Assembly (NCBI GenBank): GCA_029202525.1
Contig: CP119325.1
Coordinates: 5,809,258 to 5,873,257, forward strand
Source: Candidatus Pseudomonas phytovorans
GTDB lineage: Bacteria > Pseudomonadota > Gammaproteobacteria > Pseudomonadales > Pseudomonadaceae
Direction: 5' to 3'
DNA: 64,000 nt
Every line of letters starts with the position of its first letter. The stretch's first letter is position 1. The position numbers were made by a program, and so were the translations under genes. Under the pieces are notes generated by a model. That model was not told the origin of the DNA. It saw only the letters and a program-made list of their open reading frames with translations, and made no database searches. Below are positions 37,858 to 46,700 of this stretch, piece by piece.

Positions 37858-39220
37858 CTCCATCGCCCTGCGCCTGTCGGCGCTGTTCATCCTGGTTGCG
37901 CTGGGTGTATTCCTGCTGATCGGTTCGGCACTGTACCGCCAGGTCGACCGCAGCCTCGACCTGCTGCCACAAGCAGAGCTGGATGCGCGCTTCAGCGTGC
38001 TCGAATCCACACTCAACCGCTTCGGCACGCAGGAGCACTGGGCCAAGATCAACAACAAGCTCAATCTGCTCAGCGAAGAAGACAAGCGCATCCGCTTCTG
38101 GGTGGTCAGCAGCAACCCGGCCTACGAATACGGCCACCCCAGCGAGCTGGTACGGGCCTTCGCCGAGGGCCCGCAGGGCATGCGCGACCTGCGCCTGCCC
38201 GAGCGGCCCTACCCGTACAAGGTGCTGGTCAGCGAGCTGCCTGAGCTGGGCGAGCGCCCACCGCTGCGCTTTCTGATCGGCATCGACACCGAAACGTTCT
38301 GGCAGGCCCAGCACAGCCTGCTGGTGGCAATTGTCGGGCTGGCGGTACTTGGCGTGCTGCTGGCTTCAATACTGGGCTACTGGGTGGCCCGCATTGGCCT
38401 GCGCCCGCTCCTGGCGCTGTCCAACGAAGCCCAGGCCCTGGCCCCGCCACGCCTGGACGGGCGTTTGCAAACCCACGCCCTGGCGCCGGAACTGGCGCAG
38501 TTCGCGGGTGCCTTCAACGCCGCCCTCGACCGGGTCAGCCAGGCCTACTCACGGCTGGAAGCCTTCAATGCCGATGTCGCCCACGAACTGCGCTCGCCGC
38601 TGACCAACCTGATCGGCCAGACCCAGGTGGCACTGACCCGCGGCCGCAGTGCCGAGCACTACTTCGAAGTGCTGCAATCGAACCTGGAAGAGCTGGAGCG
38701 CCTGCGCAGCATCATCAACGACATGCTGTTCCTGGCCAGCGCCGACCAAGGCAGCAAGGCTACCGCCCTGACCCAGGCCTCGCTGGCCGAAGAAGTGGCA
38801 ACCACCCTCGATTACCTGGACTACATCCTCGAAGACGCGCAGGTCAGTGTGAGCGTGACCGGCGACGCCCAGGCGCCCATCGAAAAGGCCCAGTTGCGCC
38901 GGGCGCTGATCAACCTGCTGAACAATGCCGTGCAGCACACCGCGCCCAATCAGGTGATCCGCGTGCAGATCGATGCCGGGCCGGAGCAGGTCAGCATCGC
39001 CGTGAGCAACCCGGGGCCGGCGATTGATGATGAGCACCTGCCGTTGCTGTTCGAACGGTTCTACCGGGTGGATGCGGCGCGCAGCAACAGCGGTGGTGGC
39101 AACCATGGGTTGGGGTTGGCGATCGTCAAGGCGATTGCGTTGATGCATGGCGGGGAGGTGTTTGTGCGCAGTGGGGCTGGATTCAATACCTTTGGTATCC
39201 AGCTGCCGATCCATACCTGA
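37832..39220 (+). CDS. sensor histidine kinase, heavy-metal (CusS/CopS) class
   Basis: ATG at 37832 (MSWKTVRGNSIALRLSALFILV...) overlaps the regulator gene by 26 nt. It has two TM segments, HAMP, H-box HELRSPLT, N-box LLNNAVQHT and G-box GLGLAIV. Confidence 0.9.
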   Translation: MSWKTVRGNSIALRLSALFILVALGVFLLIGSALYRQVDRSLDLLPQAELDARFSVLESTLNRFGTQEHWAKINNKLNLLSEEDKRIRFWVVSSNPAYEYGHPSELVRAFAEGPQGMRDLRLPERPYPYKVLVSELPELGERPPLRFLIGIDTETFWQAQHSLLVAIVGLAVLGVLLASILGYWVARIGLRPLLALSNEAQALAPPRLDGRLQTHALAPELAQFAGAFNAALDRVSQAYSRLEAFNADVAHELRSPLTNLIGQTQVALTRGRSAEHYFEVLQSNLEELERLRSIINDMLFLASADQGSKATALTQASLAEEVATTLDYLDYILEDAQVSVSVTGDAQAPIEKAQLRRALINLLNNAVQHTAPNQVIRVQIDAGPEQVSIAVSNPGPAIDDEHLPLLFERFYRVDAARSNSGGGNHGLGLAIVKAIALMHGGEVFVRSGAGFNTFGIQLPIHT

Positions 39221-39235
39221 CTGTCGAACGCGGTC

Positions 39236-39338
39236 CCTGTGGGAGCGGGCAAGTCGATGCGTCGAACCGCCGCGAACACGGGCGCAGCCCGTGCCATCCA
39301 CCGCGTTGCCTGCTTCGCGGGCTCGCCCGCTCCCACAG
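39236..39338. repeat. REP doublet (head-to-head type)
   Basis: cctgtgggagcgggc...gtgccatccaccg...cgcgggctcgcccgctcccacag, 16 nt after the kinase stop. Confidence 0.9.
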
Positions 39339-39513
39339 AAATCGTGCAGCGGCTCTAGCGCGGTGGTTTGCGCCGAAAGTACTATTGCTTTTGCAGGGAT
39401 CATTACCTTTTTCGCAACAGTGCTTATCGCGCTTCGCTCTGTTTCAAGTGCATTGAAAGGGCTAACTTTACCCCGTCCTCATTAGCACTTGCACAGCAAG
39501 AAGGTAGTTTCAA

Positions 39514-39738
39514 ATGTCCAACAGTATGGGTATTGCCAGCGTTTTCGTCCTGTCGTCCCTGTTGTTGTCGCCCCTGGCCATGGCCGAAGAATCCCCGTCT
39601 TTCGTCGCCCGTAATGCCGAGCTCGCCGCCGTCCATCAAGAGTCCCGCGACGCAGTAGCTGCAAACAAGGTGGACGCCGCCAAAGACGCAAAACAGACAG
39701 CTTCCAAAATTTCTGTCGATGCCAATGCCGACAGCTGA
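39514..39738 (+). CDS. small secreted Ala/Lys/Asp-rich protein of unknown function
   Basis: 74 aa with a GAAGG RBS and signal peptide MSNSMGIASVFVLSSLLLSPLAMA. The mature ~50 aa is low complexity. A terminator lies 75 nt downstream. Confidence 0.5.
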   Translation: MSNSMGIASVFVLSSLLLSPLAMAEESPSFVARNAELAAVHQESRDAVAANKVDAAKDAKQTASKISVDANADS

Positions 39739-39812
39739 TCTAGCGCTGTTGCTGCTCCCGATTTCCCTTGGCTACGCCATGGGCACCACCGGTGCCGATA
39801 TGTTAGCCTTTT

Positions 39813-39841
39813 AAAGCCGCTGCCGATCAGCGGCTTTTTTT
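39813..39841 (+). terminator. rho-independent terminator
   Basis: aaagccgctg-ccgat-cagcggcttt followed by a T-run (39835-39841). Confidence 0.8.
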
Positions 39842-39942
39842 ATGTGCTTTAACTCTCAGCCAAGCTGTAACGTCTACCTATAAAAAGACGCACATTCAAA
39901 AATAAAAACTGCCCCACCGTCAGACCAAAGGAGCTAGTACCG

Positions 39943-41277
39943 GTGCCTTCCGCGTTCCGTTTTACCCCGCTGTTCATTGCGTTGACTGCAACGATCCCCT
40001 TCGCCGCCCAGGCAGATGAAGACAAGGCTGATGGCTTCATCGAAGGTTCGTCCTTCAACCTGCATTTCCGTAATGCCTACTTCAACCGCGACAACCACAA
40101 CGCCGGCGTGCGCGACACCCGCGAGTGGGGCCAGGGCGCGGTGGCGCGCTTCGAATCGGGCTACACCCCGGGCACAGTCGGCTTTGGCCTCGATGCCCAC
40201 GCCATGCTGGGCCTGAAGCTCGACGGCGGTGGCGGCCATGCCGGCACCAGCATCCTGCCCGAGCACATCAAGGACGACGGCGAGCTGGGCGCTGCCCCGC
40301 ATTCGTTCTCCACTGCCGGTGCTGCGATCAAGCTCAAGGCGTTCGACACCGAACTGAAAGCCGGTGACCTGTTCCTCACCAACCCGGTAATCGCTGGCGG
40401 CGAAACGCGCATGCTGCCGCAGACCTTCCGTGGTGTGAGCCTGACCAACACCAGCATCGACGGCCTGCTGCTCGAAGGCGGCCAGGTAAGCTTCACCCAC
40501 CCGTACAACCAGAGCGGCCACCGCCGCATCGACACCTACTACGGCTCGCTGGACGAGCACGACAAGAGCAAGCACCTGAACTGGGCCGGCGCGTCGTGGA
40601 GCGGTACCGAGAACATCACCAGCAACCTTTACGCCGCCGAGCTGAAGGACATCTGGAACCAGTACTACGCGGACTTCGACTACACCTACGTGGTCAACGA
40701 CCTGGTCAGCCTGAACCCGGGCGTGCACTTCTACCACACCCAAGACACCGGCCAGGCCCTGCTGGGCAAGATCGACAACAACACCTACAGCGTGCACTTC
40801 ACCGTCAACGGCGGTTACCACAGCGTCACCGCCGCCTACCAGCGGGTCAATGGCAACACGCCATTCGACTACATCAACCTGGGCGACAGCGTGTACCTGG
40901 ACAACTCGCGCATGTACTCGGACTTCAACGCGCCGAACGAGCGCTCGTGGAAGTTGCAGTACGACTATGACTTCGCCGGTGTTGGCGTGCCTGGCCTGAC
41001 CACCTCGCTGTCATACTCGCGCGGTGAGGCCGACCTGACCAAAGCCAGCCAGGACACCAGCCACTACGACTACTACCGTGAAGATGGCAAGAATGCCATG
41101 CACTGGGAACGCGACCTGGACGTGAAGTACGTGTTCCAAGAGGGTGACCTCAAGGACCTGTCGGTACTGGTGCGCTATGCCACCCACCGTGGCAGCCAGG
41201 GTTATGCGTCGATTGACAGCAACAGCGACAACGATGAAGTGCGCGTGATCGTGGATTATCCGCTGAACGTGTTCTAA
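39943..41277 (+). CDS. OprD-family substrate-specific porin
   Basis: 444 aa with a GTG start and an AAGGAG RBS 9 nt upstream. Signal ...PFAAQA, then the OprD-family hallmark [21 protein letters not shown]. The C-terminus ends ...YPLNVF. Confidence 0.9.
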   Translation: MPSAFRFTPLFIALTATIPFAAQADEDKADGFIEGSSFNLHFRNAYFNRDNHNAGVRDTREWGQGAVARFESGYTPGTVGFGLDAHAMLGLKLDGGGGHAGTSILPEHIKDDGELGAAPHSFSTAGAAIKLKAFDTELKAGDLFLTNPVIAGGETRMLPQTFRGVSLTNTSIDGLLLEGGQVSFTHPYNQSGHRRIDTYYGSLDEHDKSKHLNWAGASWSGTENITSNLYAAELKDIWNQYYADFDYTYVVNDLVSLNPGVHFYHTQDTGQALLGKIDNNTYSVHFTVNGGYHSVTAAYQRVNGNTPFDYINLGDSVYLDNSRMYSDFNAPNERSWKLQYDYDFAGVGVPGLTTSLSYSRGEADLTKASQDTSHYDYYREDGKNAMHWERDLDVKYVFQEGDLKDLSVLVRYATHRGSQGYASIDSNSDNDEVRVIVDYPLNVF

Positions 41278-41303
41278 TCCAGGATCGTGAGCTAGACACC
41301 TAA

Positions 41304-41392
41304 CCTGTGGGAGCGGGCTTGTCCCGCGAACACCGGCAAAGCCGGTGCCATCCACCGAGTCGCCTGCTTCGCGGGCATGCCCGCTCCCACAG
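41304..41392. repeat. REP doublet (head-to-head type)
   Basis: cctgtgggagcgggcttgtcccgcgaa...ggtgccatccaccg...ttcgcgggcatgcccgctcccacag, downstream of the porin gene. Confidence 0.9.
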
Positions 41393-41431
41393 AGTACGAT
41401 GTGAATCCCGAATAGGGTAAAGCGTGATTCC

Positions 41432-41452
41432 GTCGGACAAATCTTGTCCGAC
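41432..41452. promoter_or_regulatory. inverted repeat GTCGGACAA-ATC-TTGTCCGAC upstream of the cyclase gene
   Basis: 9-bp perfect arms with a 3-nt spacer, 15 nt upstream of a TAGAAT -10-like hexamer (41467-41472) and 60 nt upstream of the ATG. Confidence 0.35.
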
Positions 41453-41511
41453 AATCTCTGCTTCCCTAGAATGTCGCCGCCGCGAATGGCCCTGCCCACG
41501 CAGTAGCGAGC

Positions 41512-43002
41512 ATGCCCACCCGATTACCGCGTTTCGCATTTCTCAGGTCGCACCCCGAGCTGACCCTCAACCTGGGCAGCTGCCTTGCCGTGCTCGCCAT
41601 CGTGGCCATCGTCAGCTTCCTGCTGGCGCGTGAACGTGACAGCGTCGAGCTGTCGGCCATTCGCTCGTCCAACAACATCGTCCAGCTGATCGAAAGCGAC
41701 ATCCTGCGTAACGCCGAACTTTACGATCAGTCCCTTCAGGGCCTGATCTGGGCCGTGGGGCGTAAGGAGCTGCCGGAAATACCCGGCCCGCTGCGCCAAC
41801 GCCTGCTGTTCAATGAAGCCTTCGTCGATCGCAAGCGCGGTGACGTGTTGTGGCTGGACAAGCAAGGCAATGTGGTGGGCGACTCCACCAGCAGTGTGCC
41901 GCGCAAGGCCAACTTCGGCGAAACCGGGGTGTTCAAGGCACACCAGCGCAACGCCAACCTGGGCTTGCTGGTAGGCCCACCGTTCAAGGCCAGGCTTGGC
42001 GGCCTGGACTGGTGTATCAGCTTTAGCCGGCGGATCTCCGGCCCCGATGGCGAGTTTGCCGGGCTGGCAGCAGGCGCACTGCGCCTGTCGTACTTCAGTG
42101 AGCTTTTCCAGCGGCTGGACATCGGCGACGACAGCAGCATCAACCTGTTCAACACCGACGGGCAGTTGCTCGCCCGCCAGCCCTCGCGCCCGCAAGACCC
42201 GCTGATCGGCACCAACTACGCCGAGCGGCCGAATTTCAAACGCATCCTCAGTGAGAAAAGCGGCAACTTCACCGCCCGGTCCGGCACCGACGGCAGCCCT
42301 CGCATCTACACGTTTGCCCGGGTGGCCGAGTTGCCTTTGATCGTGCTGGTGGTGCACTCGGCCGACGAGGTGTTCCAGTCTTGGCGCCGCACCGCGATTC
42401 TGGTCAGCGGCGCCACGGGCGTTTTGTGCGTGGGTATTCTCTGGCTGACCCTGCTGCTGGGCCGCGAATTGCGCCGCCGCCAGGAGGCCGAACAAGGGCT
42501 GGCGACGTTGGCCGCCACCGACAGCCTGACCGGCCTGGCCAACCGCCGCCGCCTGGACCAGGTGCTGCGCCAGGAGTGGGCGCGTGCGCAACGCAACCGC
42601 AAGCCGCTGGCAGTGCTGATGGTGGATGTGGACCATTTCAAGGCGTTCAACCAGCGTCATGGCCATGCCGGTGGCGACCATGCCCTGCGCGAAGTGGCCA
42701 AGACTATCGAGGCGTGTATCCGCCGGCCAGCCGACCTGGCTGCGCGTTACGGTGGGGAGGAGTTTCAGGTGGTGCTGCCGGAAACGGATCTCGCCGGCGC
42801 GCGGCTACTGGCGGAGCGCATCCGCGCCAGCGTCGAAGCGCTGGCCCCGTTTGCCGAGGACGCCCACGCGGTTACGGTGAGCATCGGTATCGGCCTGTCC
42901 GGCACCCAGCACGACCTGAGCAGTGTGCTGGGGGCTGCGGACGAAGCGCTCTACCGGGCCAAGGCCAATGGCCGCAACCGGGTAGAGGGGCCTGACGCCT
43001 AG
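41512..43002 (+). CDS. membrane diguanylate cyclase with periplasmic Cache-like sensor domain
   Basis: 496 aa with two TM segments flanking a ~270-aa periplasmic domain. The GGDEF domain has an active-site GGEEF and an RxxD I-site (RPADLAARYGGEEF). Confidence 0.9.
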   Translation: MPTRLPRFAFLRSHPELTLNLGSCLAVLAIVAIVSFLLARERDSVELSAIRSSNNIVQLIESDILRNAELYDQSLQGLIWAVGRKELPEIPGPLRQRLLFNEAFVDRKRGDVLWLDKQGNVVGDSTSSVPRKANFGETGVFKAHQRNANLGLLVGPPFKARLGGLDWCISFSRRISGPDGEFAGLAAGALRLSYFSELFQRLDIGDDSSINLFNTDGQLLARQPSRPQDPLIGTNYAERPNFKRILSEKSGNFTARSGTDGSPRIYTFARVAELPLIVLVVHSADEVFQSWRRTAILVSGATGVLCVGILWLTLLLGRELRRRQEAEQGLATLAATDSLTGLANRRRLDQVLRQEWARAQRNRKPLAVLMVDVDHFKAFNQRHGHAGGDHALREVAKTIEACIRRPADLAARYGGEEFQVVLPETDLAGARLLAERIRASVEALAPFAEDAHAVTVSIGIGLSGTQHDLSSVLGAADEALYRAKANGRNRVEGPDA

Positions 43003-43475
43003 GAACGGGCGCGGGCGGCGTTACGCAGGGCTTTGACCTGGTCGTGGTTGCGCTGCACGCCTTGCAGCTGTTTTTCCACCAGGCTGTAGGTCATGTCACT
43101 GGCACTGCGGCCCAGTTTCACCAGCTTCTCGCGGGCCTCCTTATAGGCCTTGAGGGCGTGGTCCTCGCCGCGCTCAACTTCGTTGAGCACTGCTTCTTCA
43201 TCCTTGCCGGTGACCATCGACTTCAGGTTGACCCAGCCGCGATGCAAATCACCGCTGATGCTGGTGGAAGTTTCCGGGTCGCCGCCCAAACGGCGCACTT
43301 CGCTTTGCAGTTCGCCAGCAGCGTTGGCGCACTCACCGGCGCGCTGGACGAAGAAGGCTTTGAGCTCGGGATTTTTCACGTCTTCGGCCGAGGTTTTGAA
43401 GCCCTTCTCGCCATCTTTGCTGTACTCGATCAGGTCGTTGAGCACGTCAATCACGTCTTTGTTGGGGTTGCTCAT
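42999..43475 (-). CDS. PA2169-family four-helix-bundle protein (DUF2383)
   Basis: ATG at 43475 (MSNPNKDVIDVLNDLIEYSKDGEKGFK...) with an AAGGAG RBS 7 nt upstream. The track's longer start at 43553 has no RBS. 158 aa. Confidence 0.8.
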   Translation of the reverse strand: MSNPNKDVIDVLNDLIEYSKDGEKGFKTSAEDVKNPELKAFFVQRAGECANAAGELQSEVRRLGGDPETSTSISGDLHRGWVNLKSMVTGKDEEAVLNEVERGEDHALKAYKEAREKLVKLGRSASDMTYSLVEKQLQGVQRNHDQVKALRNAARARS

Positions 43476-43514
43476 GGTCGAACTCCTTGGCAGGTGATAG
43501 TCATCTGTAAGGGA

Positions 43515-43530
43515 GCAGAGTTCGTGCCAG
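43515..43530 (-). promoter_or_regulatory. near-consensus sigma-54 promoter
   Basis: Minus strand reads CTGGCACGAACTCTGC(T) versus YTGGCACG-N4-TTGCW. GG and GC are correctly spaced, with one mismatch. The -12 lies 40 nt upstream of the PA2169-family ATG. Confidence 0.55.
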
Positions 43531-43545
43531 TCTTTCCAAGAAAAA

Positions 43546-43565
43546 TAAATCAATATAAATCAATA
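43546..43565. repeat. perfect tandem 10-bp direct repeat TAAATCAATA x2
   Basis: 43546-43555 and 43556-43565 are identical. The second copy runs into AATCAATAACTTA, which fits the IHF consensus WATCAANNNNTTR. Confidence 0.7.
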
Positions 43566-43673
43566 ACTTAAAGTAACTTGAAAACAGGCTGATGAAGGCG
43601 TTCTGCATGATTGCCGCTTGGGCCTTCGTGCAGATTGCAGTATGGTCGGCGCTTTCCATTGCCAGGTGCGCCG

Positions 43674-43895
43674 ATGAAACCGGAAATGCTCGAACTGCTA
43701 GTGACTCGCACCATGCCGTTTGGCAAATACCAAGGCCGGATCATTGCCGACCTGCCCGGGGATTACCTGGCATGGTTTGCCCGCAGAGGCTTCCCTGCGG
43801 GGGAGCTGGGTGGGTTATTGGCGTTGATGCATGAGGTGGACCACAACGGGCTGGCAGACCTTTTGGTGCCGTTGCGCAAGAAACATGGGCGTTGA
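43674..43895 (+). CDS. DUF3820-family protein
   Basis: 73 aa from ATG 43674: MKPEMLELLVTRTMPFGKYQGRIIADLPGDYLAWFARRGFPAGELGGLL..., the conserved DUF3820 core. Confidence 0.7.
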   Translation: MKPEMLELLVTRTMPFGKYQGRIIADLPGDYLAWFARRGFPAGELGGLLALMHEVDHNGLADLLVPLRKKHGR

Positions 43896-43901
43896 CCTGT
43901 T

Positions 43902-43996
43902 CCGGCCTCTTCGCGGGCATGCCCGCTCCCACCGGAGCACTGCAAACGCCAAGATCATGCAGTACCTGTGGGAGCGGGCGTGCCCGCGAAGAGGCC
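43902..43996. repeat. REP doublet (tail-to-tail type) between convergent genes
   Basis: ccggcctcttcgcgggcatgcccgctcccac ... cctgtgggagcgggcgtgcccgcgaagaggcc. Confidence 0.9.
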
Positions 43997-44016
43997 AGTA
44001 ATGCCTACAGATCCCT

Positions 44017-45756
44017 CTAGCCTTTCACCGGCGCTACCGCCAGCTCAACCTGCTCGCTCTTCTTGATCACGGCATACACCACTGCCGTCAGCAAGCTACC
44101 TGCCACGATCGCCAGCAAATACAGCAGCGCATGGTTGATCGCATTGGGGATCAGCAACACAAACAACCCCCCATGCGGCGCCATCAGCTTGCAGCCGAAG
44201 TACATCGACAACGCCCCGGTCAACGCGCCACCGGCGATACTGGCCGGGATGACCCGCAGAGGGTCCTTTGCGGCAAACGGGATCGCCCCCTCGGAAATGA
44301 AGCAAAGCCCCAATGCCAAGGCCGCCTTGCCCGCCTCGCGCTCGCTTTGGGCGAACTTGCGCCGGGCCAGGAAGGTGGCGATGCCCAAGCCAATGGGCGG
44401 CACCATGCCGGCCGCCATGGTCGCCGCCATCGGTGCGTAGCTCGACGACGCCAGCAGCCCCACCGAGAAGGCATAGGCGGCCTTGTTGATCGGCCCACCC
44501 AGGTCGACACACATCATGCCACCCAGCAAAAGCCCCAGCAGAATGGCATTGGTGGTGCCCATGCTGTCGAGGAAGTGCGTGAGGCCTTCGAGCATGGCTG
44601 CCACCGGCTGGCCGACCACGTAGATCATCACCAGGCCCGTGACCAGGCTGGCCAGCAGCGGAATGATCAGGATCGGCTTGAGCGCTTCAAGGCTACTGGG
44701 CAAACGCGCCCAGCGGGCAATGGCTTTGGCGCTGTAACCAGCAATGAAGCCGGCGACGATGCCACCGATGAAGCCGGCCCCCAAGGTGCTGGCCAGTAAG
44801 CCACCGATCATGCCCGGCGCGAGCCCTGGGCGGTCGGCGATGGACCAGGCGATGTAGCCCGCCAGTAGCGGCACCATCAGCTTGAATGCGGCCTCCCCGC
44901 CAATCTGCATCAGGGCTGCCGGCAGCGTGCCCGGCTGTTTGTAGGCCTCGATGCCGAACACGAACGACAGGGCAATCAGTAGGCCCCCAGCCACAACCAT
45001 GGGCAGCATGAACGACACGCCGGTGAGCAGGTGCTTGTACACACCCGTCTTTTCACCCTTCGCTGTTGTAGCGGCCGCTGCGGCATCGGCGCTGTTTTCC
45101 ACTTTGGCTTCCGCCAAGGCCTTGTCCAGGGTAGCGCGTGCCTGCTTGAGGGCAATGCCGGTGCCGCAACGGTAGATGCGCTTGCCGGCAAACCGCGCGG
45201 TCGGCACTTCGATGTCTGCCGCCAGCAGCACCACGTCCGCTTCAGCGATGGCCTCGGCAGACAAGGGGTTGCGTGCACCGACCGAGCCTTGGGTTTCCAC
45301 CGTGAGCTGATAGCCCATCTGTTGTGCAGCTTGCTGCAGGGCCTCCGCCGCCATGAACGTATGCGCGACGCCCGTCGGGCAGGCAGTGACCGCAACGATG
45401 CGTGTGCCAGTGCTGCCAACCTCGGCAGGCGCGCTTGCTGCAGCTACCAGCGGTTGAGCGTTGGCTGCTGCCTCATCGAGGAAACCTTCGCGGTCAGCCA
45501 AGGCCTGGGCGGGCGTGCTTTGGTACACGCGCTTGCCAACGAAGCGGGCCAGGTCCACCGGGCCGGTGCTGACCACCAGCACCCAGTCGGCCTCGGCGAT
45601 CTGTGCGGCGCTCAGTTGCCGCTCGGGGTGCCCGGCGTCCTGCACTTCGACACTGGTGCTCCAGCCGCGCCGCTGGGCAGCGGCAGACAGCAAGCGCGCG
45701 CTCAGTACACTCGACACCTGGCCGTTGGGGCAGGCGGTAACAATGGCAATGTTCAT
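44017..45756 (-). CDS. fruA: PTS fructose transporter subunit IIBC
   Basis: ATG at 45756 (MNIAIVTACPNG...) forms an ATGA overlap with the fruK stop; the track begins 2 codons earlier at TTG. Duplicated IIB (VTACPTGVAHTFMAAEAL) plus a IIC membrane domain. Confidence 0.92.
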   Translation of the reverse strand: MNIAIVTACPNGQVSSVLSARLLSAAAQRRGWSTSVEVQDAGHPERQLSAAQIAEADWVLVVSTGPVDLARFVGKRVYQSTPAQALADREGFLDEAAANAQPLVAAASAPAEVGSTGTRIVAVTACPTGVAHTFMAAEALQQAAQQMGYQLTVETQGSVGARNPLSAEAIAEADVVLLAADIEVPTARFAGKRIYRCGTGIALKQARATLDKALAEAKVENSADAAAAATTAKGEKTGVYKHLLTGVSFMLPMVVAGGLLIALSFVFGIEAYKQPGTLPAALMQIGGEAAFKLMVPLLAGYIAWSIADRPGLAPGMIGGLLASTLGAGFIGGIVAGFIAGYSAKAIARWARLPSSLEALKPILIIPLLASLVTGLVMIYVVGQPVAAMLEGLTHFLDSMGTTNAILLGLLLGGMMCVDLGGPINKAAYAFSVGLLASSSYAPMAATMAAGMVPPIGLGIATFLARRKFAQSEREAGKAALALGLCFISEGAIPFAAKDPLRVIPASIAGGALTGALSMYFGCKLMAPHGGLFVLLIPNAINHALLYLLAIVAGSLLTAVVYAVIKKSEQVELAVAPVKG

Positions 45757-46700
45757 CGGCAACCCTCTTGTTGTTCTGTCAGTTGCACGGCGGCTTGCAG
45801 GCGTGCCAGCTGTTCGCGGTCACGGATGCCAAAGCCAATCTGGGTGACGGCTTGGGCGGCAATCGCCGTGGCGCGGGTCAACGTCTGAGCAGCGGGCTCG
45901 CCCTGCAGCAGGCCATGGACCATGCCGGCCACCAGCGAATCCCCCGCCCCCACAGTGCTGGCGACCCGCACCGTGGGCGGGCAGGCATGCAGGGCCAGGT
46001 CACGGGCGAACCAACTGACGCCCTGCTCGCCCGCAGACACGACCACGTGTTCAACGCCGCTGGCCAGCAACTGCTCGGCCGCAGCACGTTGCCGGGCCGG
46101 GTTATCCACAGCCTGGCCAAGCACCTCGCCAAGCTCTTCGGTATTGGGTTTGACCAGCCAGGGCGCGCTTAGCAAGCCGGCGCGCAAGGCTTCGCCGCTG
46201 CTGTCCAGCGCCACCTTGAGGCCCAGGGCTTTCAACTGGTCAAGCAACTGGCGGAACCAGTCGGCGCTGACCCCGCGCGGCAGGCTGCCTGCCACCACCA
46301 CTGCATCGTGGCCCGGGGCAACCTGCGCCAGGCGGTGCAGCAAGGCATTGCGTGCCGCCTCGTCGACCTCCGGGCCTTGGCCATTGATGTCGGTCACACG
46401 GCCATCGGCTTCCACCAGCTTGATGTTGCTGCGGGTTTCGCCAGGCACGCGAACAAAGCAGTCAGTAAAACCGCGCCATTCGATCAGCGCCTCGAACGGC
46501 TGCAGGTTATCGCACCCAAGGAAACCGCCGACGGTCACGCTGTGCCCCAGGTCGGCCAGTACCTGGGCAACGTTCAGCCCTTTGCCCGCCGCGTGGCTCT
46601 GTTGTGCCTGGCTGCGGTTGACCTGCCCCGGGCGCAAGGTATCGAGGCCGATGGTGATATCCAGCGCCGGGTTCAGGGTGAGGGTGAGGATCTTGGCCAT
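45753..46700 (-). CDS. fruK: 1-phosphofructokinase
   Basis: 315 aa, PfkB family (MAKILTLTLNPALDIT..., GAGDS motif). The start abuts the fruB stop. Confidence 0.92.
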   Translation of the reverse strand: MAKILTLTLNPALDITIGLDTLRPGQVNRSQAQQSHAAGKGLNVAQVLADLGHSVTVGGFLGCDNLQPFEALIEWRGFTDCFVRVPGETRSNIKLVEADGRVTDINGQGPEVDEAARNALLHRLAQVAPGHDAVVVAGSLPRGVSADWFRQLLDQLKALGLKVALDSSGEALRAGLLSAPWLVKPNTEELGEVLGQAVDNPARQRAAAEQLLASGVEHVVVSAGEQGVSWFARDLALHACPPTVRVASTVGAGDSLVAGMVHGLLQGEPAAQTLTRATAIAAQAVTQIGFGIRDREQLARLQAAVQLTEQQEGCR

